Of a stretch of 64,000 bases of DNA, positions 44,294 through 55,922 are shown piece after piece. Each line of letters opens with the position of its first letter. Positions within the stretch are counted from its first letter, which is position 1. The notes under the pieces are model-generated. The model saw only the letters and a list, made by a program, of their open reading frames with translations, was not told the DNA's origin and searched no databases. The position numbers and the translations under genes are program-made. Where the stretch lies: sequence record MK250019.1. One strand, given 5' to 3'.

Positions 44294-46333
44294 ATGCAAA
44301 AAGGTAATATTGGAGTTACTAGTTAGGATATTTTTCCATTAATCAAGAAATTTATGTATAATGATCAGGATATTTTTATCCGTGAGATCGTAAGTAATGC
44401 AGTTGACGCATCAGAGAAGTTAATTAAAGTTATTAGTGCAAATGAGTATACAGCAAATCCAGATGATTTAAAAGTTACAGTTACTATTAATCATGAAGAT
44501 AATACTATTACTGTTTCTGATATGGGTATTGGTATGACTGCTGATGAAATAGAAAAGTACATTAATCAGATTGCATTTTCAGGAGCAAATGACTTCTTAG
44601 AGAAATATAAGGATACACAGATTATTGGTCATTTTGGACTTGGATTTTATTCAAGCTTTATGGTAAGTTCAAAAGTTGAAATTGTATCAAAGTCATATAA
44701 AGAGAATTCAAAAGCATGTAGATGGACATGTGAAGGAACTACAGAGTTTACACTTAAGGATGATGATAAAGAATCTGTAGGTACCGATGTAATTATGCAT
44801 ATTTCTGATGAATATAAGGAGTATGTAAATGAAAGTAAACTTATGGAACTTTTAAAGAAGTACGCAGAATATTTACCTATTCAAATTTATCTTAAAGATG
44901 TTCCTGCACCAACTACTGATTCATCTACCGGTGAAGTTACATATCCAGAATCACATGAAACAAAAATTACACGAGATGAACCATTGTGGTTAAAATCTGC
45001 ATCAGAACTTAAAGATGAAGATTATATTAAGTTCTATAAGGAAACATTCCCTAATAGACCTGAACCACTTTTCTGGATTCATATTAATATTGATACACCG
45101 TTTACATTTAAGGGAATTCTTTATTTCCCTGCATTTGATCAGAAACATCCTATTTTTGAGCGTAAGCATCTTAATTTGTATTGTAATCGTGTATTTGTGA
45201 CAGATGATGTAGATGGAGTATTACCAGATTATTTGAGTCTTCTTCATGGTGTAATTGACTCTCCTGATATTCCATTGAATGTTTCTCGTTCAGTTCTTCA
45301 AAATGATGCTAATGTTAAGAAGATTAGTTCACATATTACAAATAAGGTTATGAGTTCACTTCGTACACTTATGAAGAAAGATAGAGAAACATATGAGAAA
45401 AAGTGGGAAACAATTAAAACCTTCATTAATCTAGGCGTTGTAACAGAACCTAATATTTTTGATAAAGCAAAGGATATTATTCTTCTTGTTGATACTGATA
45501 ATAAGATGTATACTTTTGATGAATATTATGATAAAGTATCAGAAACACAGAAAGATAAAGATGGTAAAATTGTATATTTGTATACATATGATACTGCTAC
45601 ACAATATACTTATATCGATGCTTTAAAGAAATACGGTTATAATATTCTGCTGTTTAATAGTCAATATGGAGCATTTGAAGTACATACATTTGAAATGAAA
45701 TTACAAGAAAAGAATGTAACATTTAAACGTATTGATGCAGATGTACCAGAAAACCTTATTAAGAAAGAAGAAGATACAACAAAGAAAGAAAAACCTGTAT
45801 CTGAGAATATCAAGAGTATGTTGGTATCTATGTTTGATTGTATTGAGCTAAATCTTCCTAAAATTACACATCAGTATATTGTTCAGCAAGATGGTAAAGA
45901 TGCACTGCCTATTACTATTGTTGCAGATGAGTTCTTCCGTCGTATGAAGGAAATGTCAATGCTTAATAATGCTGGTATGTATTTGGAAAATAATGCATCT
46001 ATTAAGATTATTATTAATGCAGATTCTAAAGTTGTAAAGAAGATTATTAAGATTGCAGAAAAAGAAATTGGTCAGCAAATTAATGATATTAATGAAAAAG
46101 TTAAAGATATTAATACAAGATTGGAAGCTGCTGATACAGATGATGCAAAGAATTCTATTAAAAAAGAACTTGATAACATTATTGCAGAGAAAAAGGAAAT
46201 TATTAATAAACATGCACATGCAGATAGTCATATTCATGAATTAATTGATATTGGTTTGTTACAGTATGGTTTATTATCAGGTGAAGATTTGGCAGCATTT
46301 GTTAAGAGATCTATAAAGATGATTGAAAAGTAA
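44294..46333 (+). CDS. htpG: Hsp90 chaperone HtpG (679 aa, code 15)
   Basis: MQKGNIGVTS-TAG-DIFPLIKKF matches the Bacteroidota HtpG N-terminus; REIVSNAVDA, DMGIGM, IGHFGLGFYS, LNVSR. Confidence 0.95.
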
Positions 46334-46458
46334 TTCAATATATAAAAGAGAGTATGTTTTGTAAATAACTACTCTCTTTTTACTTTTTACAAAAGTAGAC
46401 AAATAATAAATATTAATATATAAGAAATATATTAACAAATTAAAATTAAATTAACAAA

Positions 46459-46719
46459 ATGTATCGGTATCATAATCCCTTAAAGAATTTTAATCCATTT
46501 GTGATAACAAGTGTATTTGTATTATTTTTAATTGTAATGTTTACATTTGCAATTCCTACATTGATAAATGCGGCATCTACAATGATGAATTTTATTGCCA
46601 TTATTTTTATTTTATTTACAATTTATATATGTATTATTGTAATGAGATATTATAATGATTATTATATACGACATTATCAGAAATACAAGGAAGAAAGAGA
46701 AAAGAAAATTAAAGATTAA
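46459..46719 (+). CDS. two-TM membrane protein
   Basis: two hydrophobic helices. Confidence 0.65.
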   Translation: MYRYHNPLKNFNPFVITSVFVLFLIVMFTFAIPTLINAASTMMNFIAIIFILFTIYICIIVMRYYNDYYIRHYQKYKEEREKKIKD

Positions 46720-46744
46720 TTTATCATTTTAATTATTAAATTAT

Positions 46745-47539
46745 ATGAAGAAAATCGTATTGAATTTGATTGTCATACTAATGACATGTATGAGTTTTGT
46801 ATCTTGTGCTTATGAGAGAGTTGATGCAGGATGTGAAGGTATTTATGTAAATCTTTATGGTGACGATAAAGGTGTAGGTGAAGTTAGTCTATGTACAGGA
46901 GCTGTATGGTATTGTCCATTGACTCATGATGTATTTGAATATCCTACATATATTCAGACTGTAGATTATCCATCATTTGAAGTTAATAGTAAAGACGGTA
47001 CAAAATTTACTGTTGATCCTGCAGTTCTCGTAAAAATAGAAGATGGTAAATCACCACTTATTTTTAAAAAGTATAGAAAGCAGCTTGATGAAATTGTAAA
47101 GAATACTTTATATGTTTATATCAGAGATGCAGCACGTATTGAATTTAATAAGTATACAGCAGACCAGATTGTATCAAATCGTGAAGCAGTAGATAAATCA
47201 TTTGAGGAACGTGTAAGAAAAGGATTTGCAAGTGAACATTTTATTCTTCAGCAATTAACGCCAGGTATTGGTTATCCTAAATCATATGAAGAAGCTATTA
47301 ATGCTAAGAATAAAGCAATTCAAGATGAAATGCGTGTCAGCAATGAGATTCGTGTAGCTGAGGCAGAAGCAAAGAAAAAACTTGTTCTTGCAGAAGCAGA
47401 AGCGAAGGCAAACAAATTGAAAGAACAATCACTTACACCATTGCTTATTCAGAAAATGGCAATTGAAAAGTGGTCAGGAAATTTGCCAGATACATATGTA
47501 GGTAGTCATGGTATTCCTAATTTGATTTTAGGAAAGTAA
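46745..47539 (+). CDS. SPFH/band-7 (prohibitin-like) protein, probable lipoprotein
   Basis: signal with FVSC; RVDAGCEGI; AEAEAKK..AEAEAKAN coiled coil; IEKWSG. Confidence 0.9.
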   Translation: MKKIVLNLIVILMTCMSFVSCAYERVDAGCEGIYVNLYGDDKGVGEVSLCTGAVWYCPLTHDVFEYPTYIQTVDYPSFEVNSKDGTKFTVDPAVLVKIEDGKSPLIFKKYRKQLDEIVKNTLYVYIRDAARIEFNKYTADQIVSNREAVDKSFEERVRKGFASEHFILQQLTPGIGYPKSYEEAINAKNKAIQDEMRVSNEIRVAEAEAKKKLVLAEAEAKANKLKEQSLTPLLIQKMAIEKWSGNLPDTYVGSHGIPNLILGK

Positions 47540-47663
47540 TTTTTATATTTTAATCTCTAATAATTTTCATAATTATTAGAGATTTTTTATTTTTATAAAG
47601 TAAACAAAAAGTTGTTTATCTAATAATATATATAGATTAAATAACTTTTAAATATAATTAATT

Positions 47664-47858
47664 ATGGATTTTACAATTAAAGGAAATAATAATGAAGTAT
47701 CAGTTTCTAAGGATACTATTAAGAAGTTGATAGAGCTTTTACAGCATGTAGATTGTACATGTGTATGGTCAGAACATGATAATCAATATATTAAGGTTAA
47801 TGATATTCCTAATAATATTGTTGATGAACTTATTGTAAAATTGAAATTATCAAAATAA
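47664..47858 (+). CDS. hypothetical protein
   Basis: 64 aa ORF. Confidence 0.5.
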   Translation: MDFTIKGNNNEVSVSKDTIKKLIELLQHVDCTCVWSEHDNQYIKVNDIPNNIVDELIVKLKLSK

Positions 47859-48307
47859 TGGAAGATAATAAAGATATTGAAATTGTTGAACAACCAGTAA
47901 AGAAGAAGAGAGGACGACCACGTAAAGTACATCCTTATGAAGAATTCCAACCATATATTAAAGAAACATTTGCTAATTATCTTAATGATAATTATGATAT
48001 GATATATTTGTTTATGAATGCAAATAAACGAATTGATAAAAGATTTTGGAATGCTATATATGAACATGTAAGAACATTGAATAATAAATTATATGAAGAA
48101 TATTCTTGTGGTTTTAAATTTAATGAATATACATATAGACCAGATGTACAATGGAGAGGTATTGATGAAGTTCGTGAAACTCAACGAAAAAATGCAGTAA
48201 AGCATTTTTATGAAAACGAAAATTTAGATCCTATATATAAAGCATATATGATATTTACTCATATGAAACTTTATATTAGTGAATCTAGTAAAGAAATGAA
48301 AGTATGA
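47858..48307 (+). CDS. hypothetical protein with AT-hook-like KKRGRPRK
   Basis: 149 aa; GRP motif. Confidence 0.6.
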   Translation: MEDNKDIEIVEQPVKKKRGRPRKVHPYEEFQPYIKETFANYLNDNYDMIYLFMNANKRIDKRFWNAIYEHVRTLNNKLYEEYSCGFKFNEYTYRPDVQWRGIDEVRETQRKNAVKHFYENENLDPIYKAYMIFTHMKLYISESSKEMKV

Positions 48308-49107
48308 AAATCATATCAAAATATAAGGATTTCTATGACTCATATGGATTTATTCTTGGTAAACCAGATGAGAGTATAACTTATGTCCGTACAACAGAAG
48401 TTATAGATGATGATAATAAGCAATATAAGTCAATCATCAAGAAAATTTATGATTATGGACATTTGTATTTTCATGTTTATGGATTTAAAGAAGATTATGT
48501 TGCATGGGTAGAAAGTGTTGTATGTGGTATATATCCTTATATATACGTATGTCCTTTTTATGTGATTATGCAACAATTAAATAAAGGTAGAACATTTATA
48601 CCTATTGATTTAAAACCTATACCAATATCAGAAGAATTTGTACATGATAAAAGTAAAAGAGAACATATTTATAATAAGGTACAAACAAAATTTGATGAGT
48701 ATTGCGATAAAAATAATATAAAAGGAAAATTACATATACAAAAAATTAGAGAAACCAATTATTCATGGTCTAATGCAAAATTTAAATTTGAAACGCAAAG
48801 TTGGAAGATAGAGGAACTGGATATATTCAGAGAATTAAATGTACCAACTTTTATGTATGTATGTAAAAATGATGATATTGCAAGATATGTTAAAGATTAT
48901 GGATTAACACTTAATCCTATATTTGTTAAGCAAAATTTTGATGTATTAGGTGCTAATAGAACCAGAATAATTAATGAACAGAATGTTTATATAGATATAG
49001 AAAATTTTTTGTGGGAAATGAAAAAGGAACCTGAATCAATTCCTGATAATAAAACAAAAATTATAAATGCAGGGTTTGATTTGAAAACATCATTTAGAAA
49101 TATGTAA
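48304..49107 (+). CDS. hypothetical protein
   Basis: 267 aa; ATGA coupling. Confidence 0.7.
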   Translation: MKIISKYKDFYDSYGFILGKPDESITYVRTTEVIDDDNKQYKSIIKKIYDYGHLYFHVYGFKEDYVAWVESVVCGIYPYIYVCPFYVIMQQLNKGRTFIPIDLKPIPISEEFVHDKSKREHIYNKVQTKFDEYCDKNNIKGKLHIQKIRETNYSWSNAKFKFETQSWKIEELDIFRELNVPTFMYVCKNDDIARYVKDYGLTLNPIFVKQNFDVLGANRTRIINEQNVYIDIENFLWEMKKEPESIPDNKTKIINAGFDLKTSFRNM

Positions 49108-49116
49108 TATTTTATT

Positions 49117-49374
49117 ATGAGAATAGTAACAGTTAAAAATGATAAAGGTATATACATACCACCATTTATGTCTGACTTTACAAAAGAAGATTCAGACCTT
49201 ATTGGTAAATTATGGGATATATCAACTAAACATGGATACATAGCAGATTCACTAGGTGGTACACAATGTTTAGCATTAATGTATGATGAACTTCCATGTT
49301 ATTTTAAAATTTTATTTAAAAATGTAGAAAGAACTGAAGTATCATATGAAGATTATAAACGAGGTTTTTGGTAA
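49117..49374 (+). CDS. hypothetical protein
   Basis: 85 aa ORF. Confidence 0.6.
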   Translation: MRIVTVKNDKGIYIPPFMSDFTKEDSDLIGKLWDISTKHGYIADSLGGTQCLALMYDELPCYFKILFKNVERTEVSYEDYKRGFW

Positions 49375-49381
49375 TTAATAT

Positions 49382-50098
49382 ATGAAGCAAGAAAGAAAAA
49401 CAGTAGTAGCAGGTCCACATATATTAAAGTTTAATATATCAGATATTAATAGAATATTTTTTACAAGTGATATACATGCAAATCATGCGAATATTATAAA
49501 ATACTGTAATAGACCATTTACAGATGTTAATGAGATGAATCATGTTTTATTTAAGAATTTAAATGATTCATTATCAAGTATAGATAATGCTATACTTATA
49601 AATTGTGGTGATTTTATCTTTAGTAATGTAAGTACATATGATGAAATGGTTAATAACATTAAAGCTGAAAAAGTTTATAATATAATTGGTAATCATGATG
49701 TAAAAAACGTGTTACAGAGAAGAAATATAGTACCTTATAATGAAGAAAGTAAAGTATATTGGAGTACAGAACTTATTGTACAAATATATGATGATTATAA
49801 AGATAAAATACTTCTGCAATTTACAGTATCACATTATCCACATTGTGATGGACAATTCTTAGGTAAATTTAATATTCATGGTCATTTACATACACCAAAA
49901 AATATAGAAGATTATACAGGTACAGATGCGAATATTGCTAAAAAGTTAAAAGAAAAAGCAATGACATATGATGTTGGTGTAGATGGAAATGATTATAAAC
50001 CAGTAAAGTTAACTGATATATTAACAGGAAATTTAATTCAATATCAACTTAGAGATATTGATTTTAATTATTGGAAAAATAAAATTAAAAATATTTAA
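49382..50098 (+). CDS. calcineurin-like phosphoesterase
   Basis: FTSDIHANH, GDF, GNHD, SHYP, IHGHLH, DVGVDG. Confidence 0.9.
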   Translation: MKQERKTVVAGPHILKFNISDINRIFFTSDIHANHANIIKYCNRPFTDVNEMNHVLFKNLNDSLSSIDNAILINCGDFIFSNVSTYDEMVNNIKAEKVYNIIGNHDVKNVLQRRNIVPYNEESKVYWSTELIVQIYDDYKDKILLQFTVSHYPHCDGQFLGKFNIHGHLHTPKNIEDYTGTDANIAKKLKEKAMTYDVGVDGNDYKPVKLTDILTGNLIQYQLRDIDFNYWKNKIKNI

Positions 50099-50234
50099 AA
50101 TATTTAAGTGCTAATAAAGTTTATTGCAAAACTTTATTATCATTTTTTTGTATAATAATTAATTAATATTTTGATATTTCATAGTATCAAAGAATAAATA
50201 AAATACCTAAAATAAAATAGAAAGAAAATTAAAT

Positions 50235-53200
50235 ATGAAGGTAACAAAACGTGATGGTAGTTTTGAGAATTATAGTGTTTAGACAGTTAAACGTGCAGTT
50301 AGAGAAGCGTTTAAGTCAACAAAGACTAAATACTCAAAAGACACAATTTCGAATATTGTAAGTTCTATTACGCCATATGATGGCATTCCTGTAGAAGAAA
50401 TACAGGATCAGATAGAAACAAGTTTGTATTCTCATGATCAGCCTAAAGTTGCAAAAGAATTTATTCTTTATCGCAATAAGAAGAAGGAAATCAGAGAATG
50501 GGTTGCTAATAAAGAAGCATTTATTGAAAGATATAAAAATGCATCAAATACTGCAAATAGTACAATTGATGATAATTCTAACGTATCATCTAAGAACATC
50601 GGTGTATTAAATGCAGAAATTCATAAAGGTGATAATATTCTTGTAAGTAGAGGAATGATTACAAGAAAATTAAAAGATTTATTCCCTGATTTTAAAGCAA
50701 AACAATATCAAAAAGATTTAAAAAATCATATTATCTATAAGAATGATGAATCAAGTTTTGCTGGTGCTATAAGTCCTTATTGTGTTAGTGTATCTATGTA
50801 TCCATTTCTTAATCATGGATTGGAAAAGATTGGAGGATTGTCATGTCATCCACAAAATCTTGATTCCTATTGTGGTATGTATGTAAATCTTGTATTTGCA
50901 GTTGCAGCACAATTTGCAGGAGCAGTAGCAACATCAGAATTCTTGGTATATTTTGATTATTTTGCACGAAAGGAATTTGGAGATGATTACTATTTGCATA
51001 GTAAAGAATTCTATAAGATTGGTCCAAAATATCGTAAGTTACTTAATGAATCTAATTACTGGTGTAAAGATGTAGATACACTTAGAAAACATGATTTTGG
51101 TACAGATGAATTAAATAAATTGAGAGATGAACTTGTTTATAATTCGGAACGACCATTATCTGATGAAGAACTTAAAGAATATGAAACAGAACTTTCTAAA
51201 TATGATGTAGAAGGTTCAATAAAAGATTTTACAAATCCTATTAAGATTGGTGATGGTACAAGAACTATTGGTTCATGTATACAACAATTCTTCCAACAAG
51301 TAGTGTGAATTGAACGCACCCCTAATCGGTGACGATTAGGTAAACTCCATGTGAATTGCAGGGACTCTAAAATAATGAAGAAAATAATTTAATATTTTGA
51401 TTAAAAATATATACAACTTATTATAAATATTAAAATAATAGTATATATTACATGAAAATTACAGATAATAATATAGATGAAATAAAACATATGTATATTG
51501 ATGAACATCGTTCATATCAAGAAATTGCTGATTATTATAATGCAACAATATCATAGGTTAAAAATTTTTTATAGTCTAGATAGATAAAACGAAGATTTGC
51601 GCAAAGTAAATTAAATCAAGAATAGTTTGATAAAATTAAAGATTTATATTTAGGTGATAAAAAATATCCTGTATCTAAAATTTCAAAAATGTTAAATATA
51701 AAAGAATCAATAATAAGAAATTATATATTTGATAATAAATTAACAAGAAAAGAAACAGGAGATGAACGACGTTTAACAATACCATATGAAACACTATATG
51801 ATTTATATATAATTAAAAAGTTAGATAAAAATGAAATTTAGGAAAAATTAAATATATGTCGACAAACTTTAAATAAAAATTTAAAATTTTATAAATTAAC
51901 CAATAAGTATTCAAATTATACAGATAATGATATTTGTAAAATGTATAAAGATGAATATAAAAGTTTATCAGATATAAATAATATTACAAATTTTCCTAAA
52001 TCACGAATAAGATAGATTTTAATAAAAAATAATATATAGTTACGAGATTATCGTTTAAGTTAGATGACAAAAAGTAAAGCATATTTTGAGTATGATATGA
52101 GTTTATTAAATAAGCAATCTTTATTAAAGCGTAATTGCTATAGTTATTTTAAATCTCATATATCAACACAAATAAAGAAAGAACGAAATATGTGTGAATG
52201 TTGCGGTTCAACAGAAAATTTACATTGTCATCATATTAAACCATATTCATTAATTGTTAATGAGATTATAAAAGAAAATAAAAATTTATCTGATACTGAA
52301 TTATATAATGTAATTACTCATGATTCTAGATTTTTAGATACAAATAATATTAAAGTTGTATGTGAAAAATGTCATTATACGATATTTCATTCATACCTTC
52401 ATTATCAAGGGAATCGTGCAGCCAAGCCTAATAATTAGGAAGGTTCAACGACTATCGAAAACATAGAATAAACAAATAAGAGTTTATTTGAAGAAGTGAG
52501 TAGAGTACATAACAAGTGTTATGGAAGTGCATGGCAACTTAATCTAATCAATTAAGTTGGAGAAATAGTCTAAACGAATTTTTAATTCCCTCTATTACTG
52601 AAATGTAATAGTTGTCTATAGAAATATAGAGCAGTTATAAACTGAATATAAATTAACGATTTATATTTAATATATTTGATTCAATTAACCAACCCGCAGC
52701 AAGTCGTGGTCTGCAATCTGCATTTGTAAATTTCTCTTATTTTGATAAGCCTTTCTTTGAAGGTATGTTTGGGGAATTTGTATTTCCAGATGAAGAAGGT
52801 ACAAGACCTTGTTGGGAAAGTGTTTCATGGTTGCAGAAAGATTTTATGATTTGGTTTAATAAAGAGCGCCTTCGTACTATAATCACTTTCCCTGTTGAAA
52901 GTTTTGCATTGGTATATAAGGATGGAAAGTTTGTAGATGAAGATTCTGCAGATTTTGTTGCAGAAGAATATTCTCGTGGTCATTCATTCTTTACTTATAT
53001 GTCAGATACTGTTGATTCATTATCAAGCTGCTGTTTCGATGGTGATACACCATTTATGTTTGTAGAACCTCTTAATATGGAAGAGCATGGTGGTAATAAT
53101 GCATATATGGTTTCAACTATTAAAGATGCATATGAAAAATATAAAGATGATATAATTAATGTATATCATATGAATTTTAATGGTACTACAGGTAAATGTA

Positions 53201-55791
53201 CAGGTGAATGGGTAAATGCAAAATTTGTAAAAGCACAAGCTATTCAGGAAGTACGAATTTATTTTAAACCAGATGATTTCAATCCAGATGAGTCAAGGAA
53301 TGTAATGAGAGTTACGCCGGATCATATATTCCCTGTTATTGATGATAATGGATTTATTACAGATAAAAATGCATATTTATTACAGACTGGAGATCAACTT
53401 ATTTTTGAATATGCACAATATATGGGATTATTTAGAGATGAATTTCCTGATAGAGATCAAGATTTAGTAAAACGTGCTATTTCAAAAGTTGAAATTGTAA
53501 ATCTTGATGAACCAAAGGATTATTATTGTGTAGAGTTATGTGATAAAAATATTGAACCATACTTTTTGTTACCTAATGGAAATATTACACATAACTGTCG
53601 CCTTAAGAATAAGATTCAAACAAAGGAATTTAATTTTACAAATGGTAACTTAGGGATCAACTTGGGTCCTTTATGTGCTTAATTGCTAATCAAGCAATGT
53701 ATTAATATAGCGATATTAATGCATCGGTGAAGCCTAAACATAAGTTGTGAAACTATATGCATGGTAATACCGAACCAAGTTAATAAATATGTTATAATTT
53801 TACATTTATAATATATGAATAATAAAATATTTACAATTTACAAAATATCATTTCCAAATGGAAAAGTATATATTGGTTAGACATATCATTATCATTAGAG
53901 AATTAAAGAACATTTAAATGAAATGAAACATAGTGATTATAAATTATATAGAGCTATGAGGAAATATAATATAAATGAAAATAATTTTTCTATAGTAGAA
54001 GAAAATATTTTAACATAGAACGATGCAGATAATAAAGAAATATATTATATCAATTTATATGATAGTTATAATAATGGATATAATTCTACATTAGGTGGAC
54101 ATGCTGCAACAATAACAAAAATAGGAGAAGAACATCCTAAAGCTATATTAAATGATAATGAATTATTAGAATTAAGAAAAATTAGATATTCTATGAAATA
54201 TACATTTGGAGAAGTATATGATATGTATAAAAATAAAATGTCAAAAAGTGGTTTTTCAAAATATTGGCATTATTATACAAGACCTGAAATCGGAGAAGAA
54301 TATAATACTGATGAAGTAAATAAATTTTATAAATCTGATAGGAGAACAAGAAGAGGTATATTACATGCAAATTCAAGAAATTTATCAGATGAAGAAGTTT
54401 TAAATATAAGAATACGATATTTTGTAAATGGTGAAAAAGAAGATGATATTTTTAAAAAATATAAACACTTATATTCAAAGAGTGGTTTTAATAAAATATT
54501 ATTTGGATAGTCATATATGCATGTAAAAATGCCTATTAAAACAGATAAGTGTAAATAGAAATTACCATAGTTATCAAAAGAAGAAGTAATTTCATTAAGA
54601 GAACAATATAATAATGGTAAGTCTATTAATGAATTAAAAGTTGGAAAATATGAAAAATATTCAATGAATAATTTTAGAAATATGTTAATAGGTAGAACAT
54701 ATAAAAATTATTAATGTGTGTGGAGGTCATCCCCTAAGTGATGAGCAGGAGGAGTAGGGCTACTATTGATACGTAGCAGTATTTTAGGAAACGAAGTACT
54801 TTAAATGCCGAAATAGTGCAATGTTTATTAACATAATAAACATAAGATATGACCCGGACCATATAGAAATATATGGAGAAAACGTCAAACAGGTTCAAAA
54901 TCTGTAATAACATTAAATCTTAGTCGTATAACACAAGATTGGTTTAATAGTGTTAAGAAAACAGGTGTAACAAAAGAAAATGTAGAAGAACATTATGATG
55001 AATTGTGTCATTATTTTGGTGATATTCTTGATAGAGTATACAAATATCATACTGCATATAATGAACTTCTATGGGATATGTATGATGCTGGTTTGCTTCC
55101 GGTATATAAAGCTGGATTTATTAGTTTGAATAAGCAATATTTAACAATTGGATTAAATGGTCTTAATCAAATGGCAGAATTTTTAGGAATTACATGCAAT
55201 ATAAATCCTCATTATGAAAAATTATGTCAAACAATATTTGGATATATTAAGCAGAAGAATCAAGAAGCTGCAGGTATGTTTAACGGACATAAGCTCACGT
55301 TTAATACCGAGTGCGTACCAGCGGAAAGTCTTGCAATAAAAAATTATAATTGGGATAAAGAAGATGGATATTGGGTAAGTGATGATACAAATCTTTATGC
55401 ATCTTATATTTTTAAACCAAATGACAAGAGCTTATCAATTTTCGATAAAATTACATTACATGGTCGTGATTATATCGGAGATTTCTTAGATGGTGGTTCT
55501 GCGGCTCATCTTAATTTATCAGAGCATTTATCTAAGAAACAAATAAAACATATCATGCAATTTGCAGCACAGGTAGGATGTCAGTATTGGACATTTAATG
55601 TACCTAACTGCAAGTGTGAAGATTGTGGTTACATATCTAAAACACCATTTGATAAGTGTCCAAAATGTGGATCAGTTCATATAAGTTTATATGACCGTAT
55701 CATTGGATATTTAACTAAAATTTCGAACTGGTCAGATGGACGTCAACAAGAACAAAAGACACGTGTTTATCTACATAGTGAAAATATTTAA
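50235..55791 (+). CDS. nrdD: anaerobic (class III) ribonucleoside-triphosphate reductase; exons 50235-51306, 52679-53657, 54885-55791; intein 53032-53595; code 15
   Basis: ATP cone MKVTKRDG (TAG at codon 16); spliced exons total 2958 nt in frame (985 aa precursor, 797 aa after intein removal); joins read QQVVYSINQPAA, LSSCCRL, NLGIQTGS; C-terminal CEDC/CPKC and RIIGYL. Confidence 0.93.
51307..52678 (+). mobile_element. group I intron 1 in nrdD (1372 nt)
   Basis: 5' exon ends U, intron ends G; P1 GUGU|G pairs with CGCAC with U.G at the splice site; AAUCGUGCAGCCAAG element; P7 GACUAU (52450) with AUAGUC (52565). Confidence 0.9.
51452..52471 (+). CDS. intron-encoded HNH homing endonuclease with N-terminal helix-turn-helix-like repeats (339 aa, code 15)
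   Basis: 9 in-frame TAG; CECCGSTENLHCHHIKP...NIKVVCEKCH. Confidence 0.85.
53032..53595 (+). mobile_element. cis mini-intein (188 aa) in NrdD between the two Cys of SSCC
   Basis: starts CFDGDT, VTPDH block B, ends ITHN, +1 Cys; removal restores LSSCCRL. Confidence 0.92.
53658..54884 (+). mobile_element. group I intron 2 in nrdD (1227 nt)
   Basis: exon AGGGAU pairs with GUCCUU with U.G at the splice site; terminal G at 54884; P7 GGUCAU (54725) with AUGACC (54849); join gives GGG AT|T CAA (G-I-Q). Confidence 0.88.
53815..54714 (+). CDS. intron-encoded GIY-YIG homing endonuclease (299 aa, code 15)
   Basis: TIYKISFPNGKVYIG-TAG-T, R..EH, E..YI..YDS.NNGYNST.GG; 5 in-frame TAG. Confidence 0.9.
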
Positions 55792-55815
55792 GTTTTTATA
55801 ACCTATTTTATTTTT

Positions 55816-55858
55816 AATAAGTTATAACATATACTTTATGTTATAACTTATTTTTATT
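55816..55858 (+). terminator. intrinsic terminator after nrdD
   Basis: aataagttataacata...tatgttataacttatt plus T-run. Confidence 0.75.
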
Positions 55859-55922
55859 TAATAGTATTAAAGGTTTATCCTATTATTCAATTAGATAAAT
55901 ATTATAAATGAAAATATAATAT

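Noticed and set aside
53658-53682. Track ORF continuation 'NLGPLCA-stop' as the NrdD C-terminus
   Set aside because: It is intron 2 sequence (P1/IGS); the true frame resumes at 54885.
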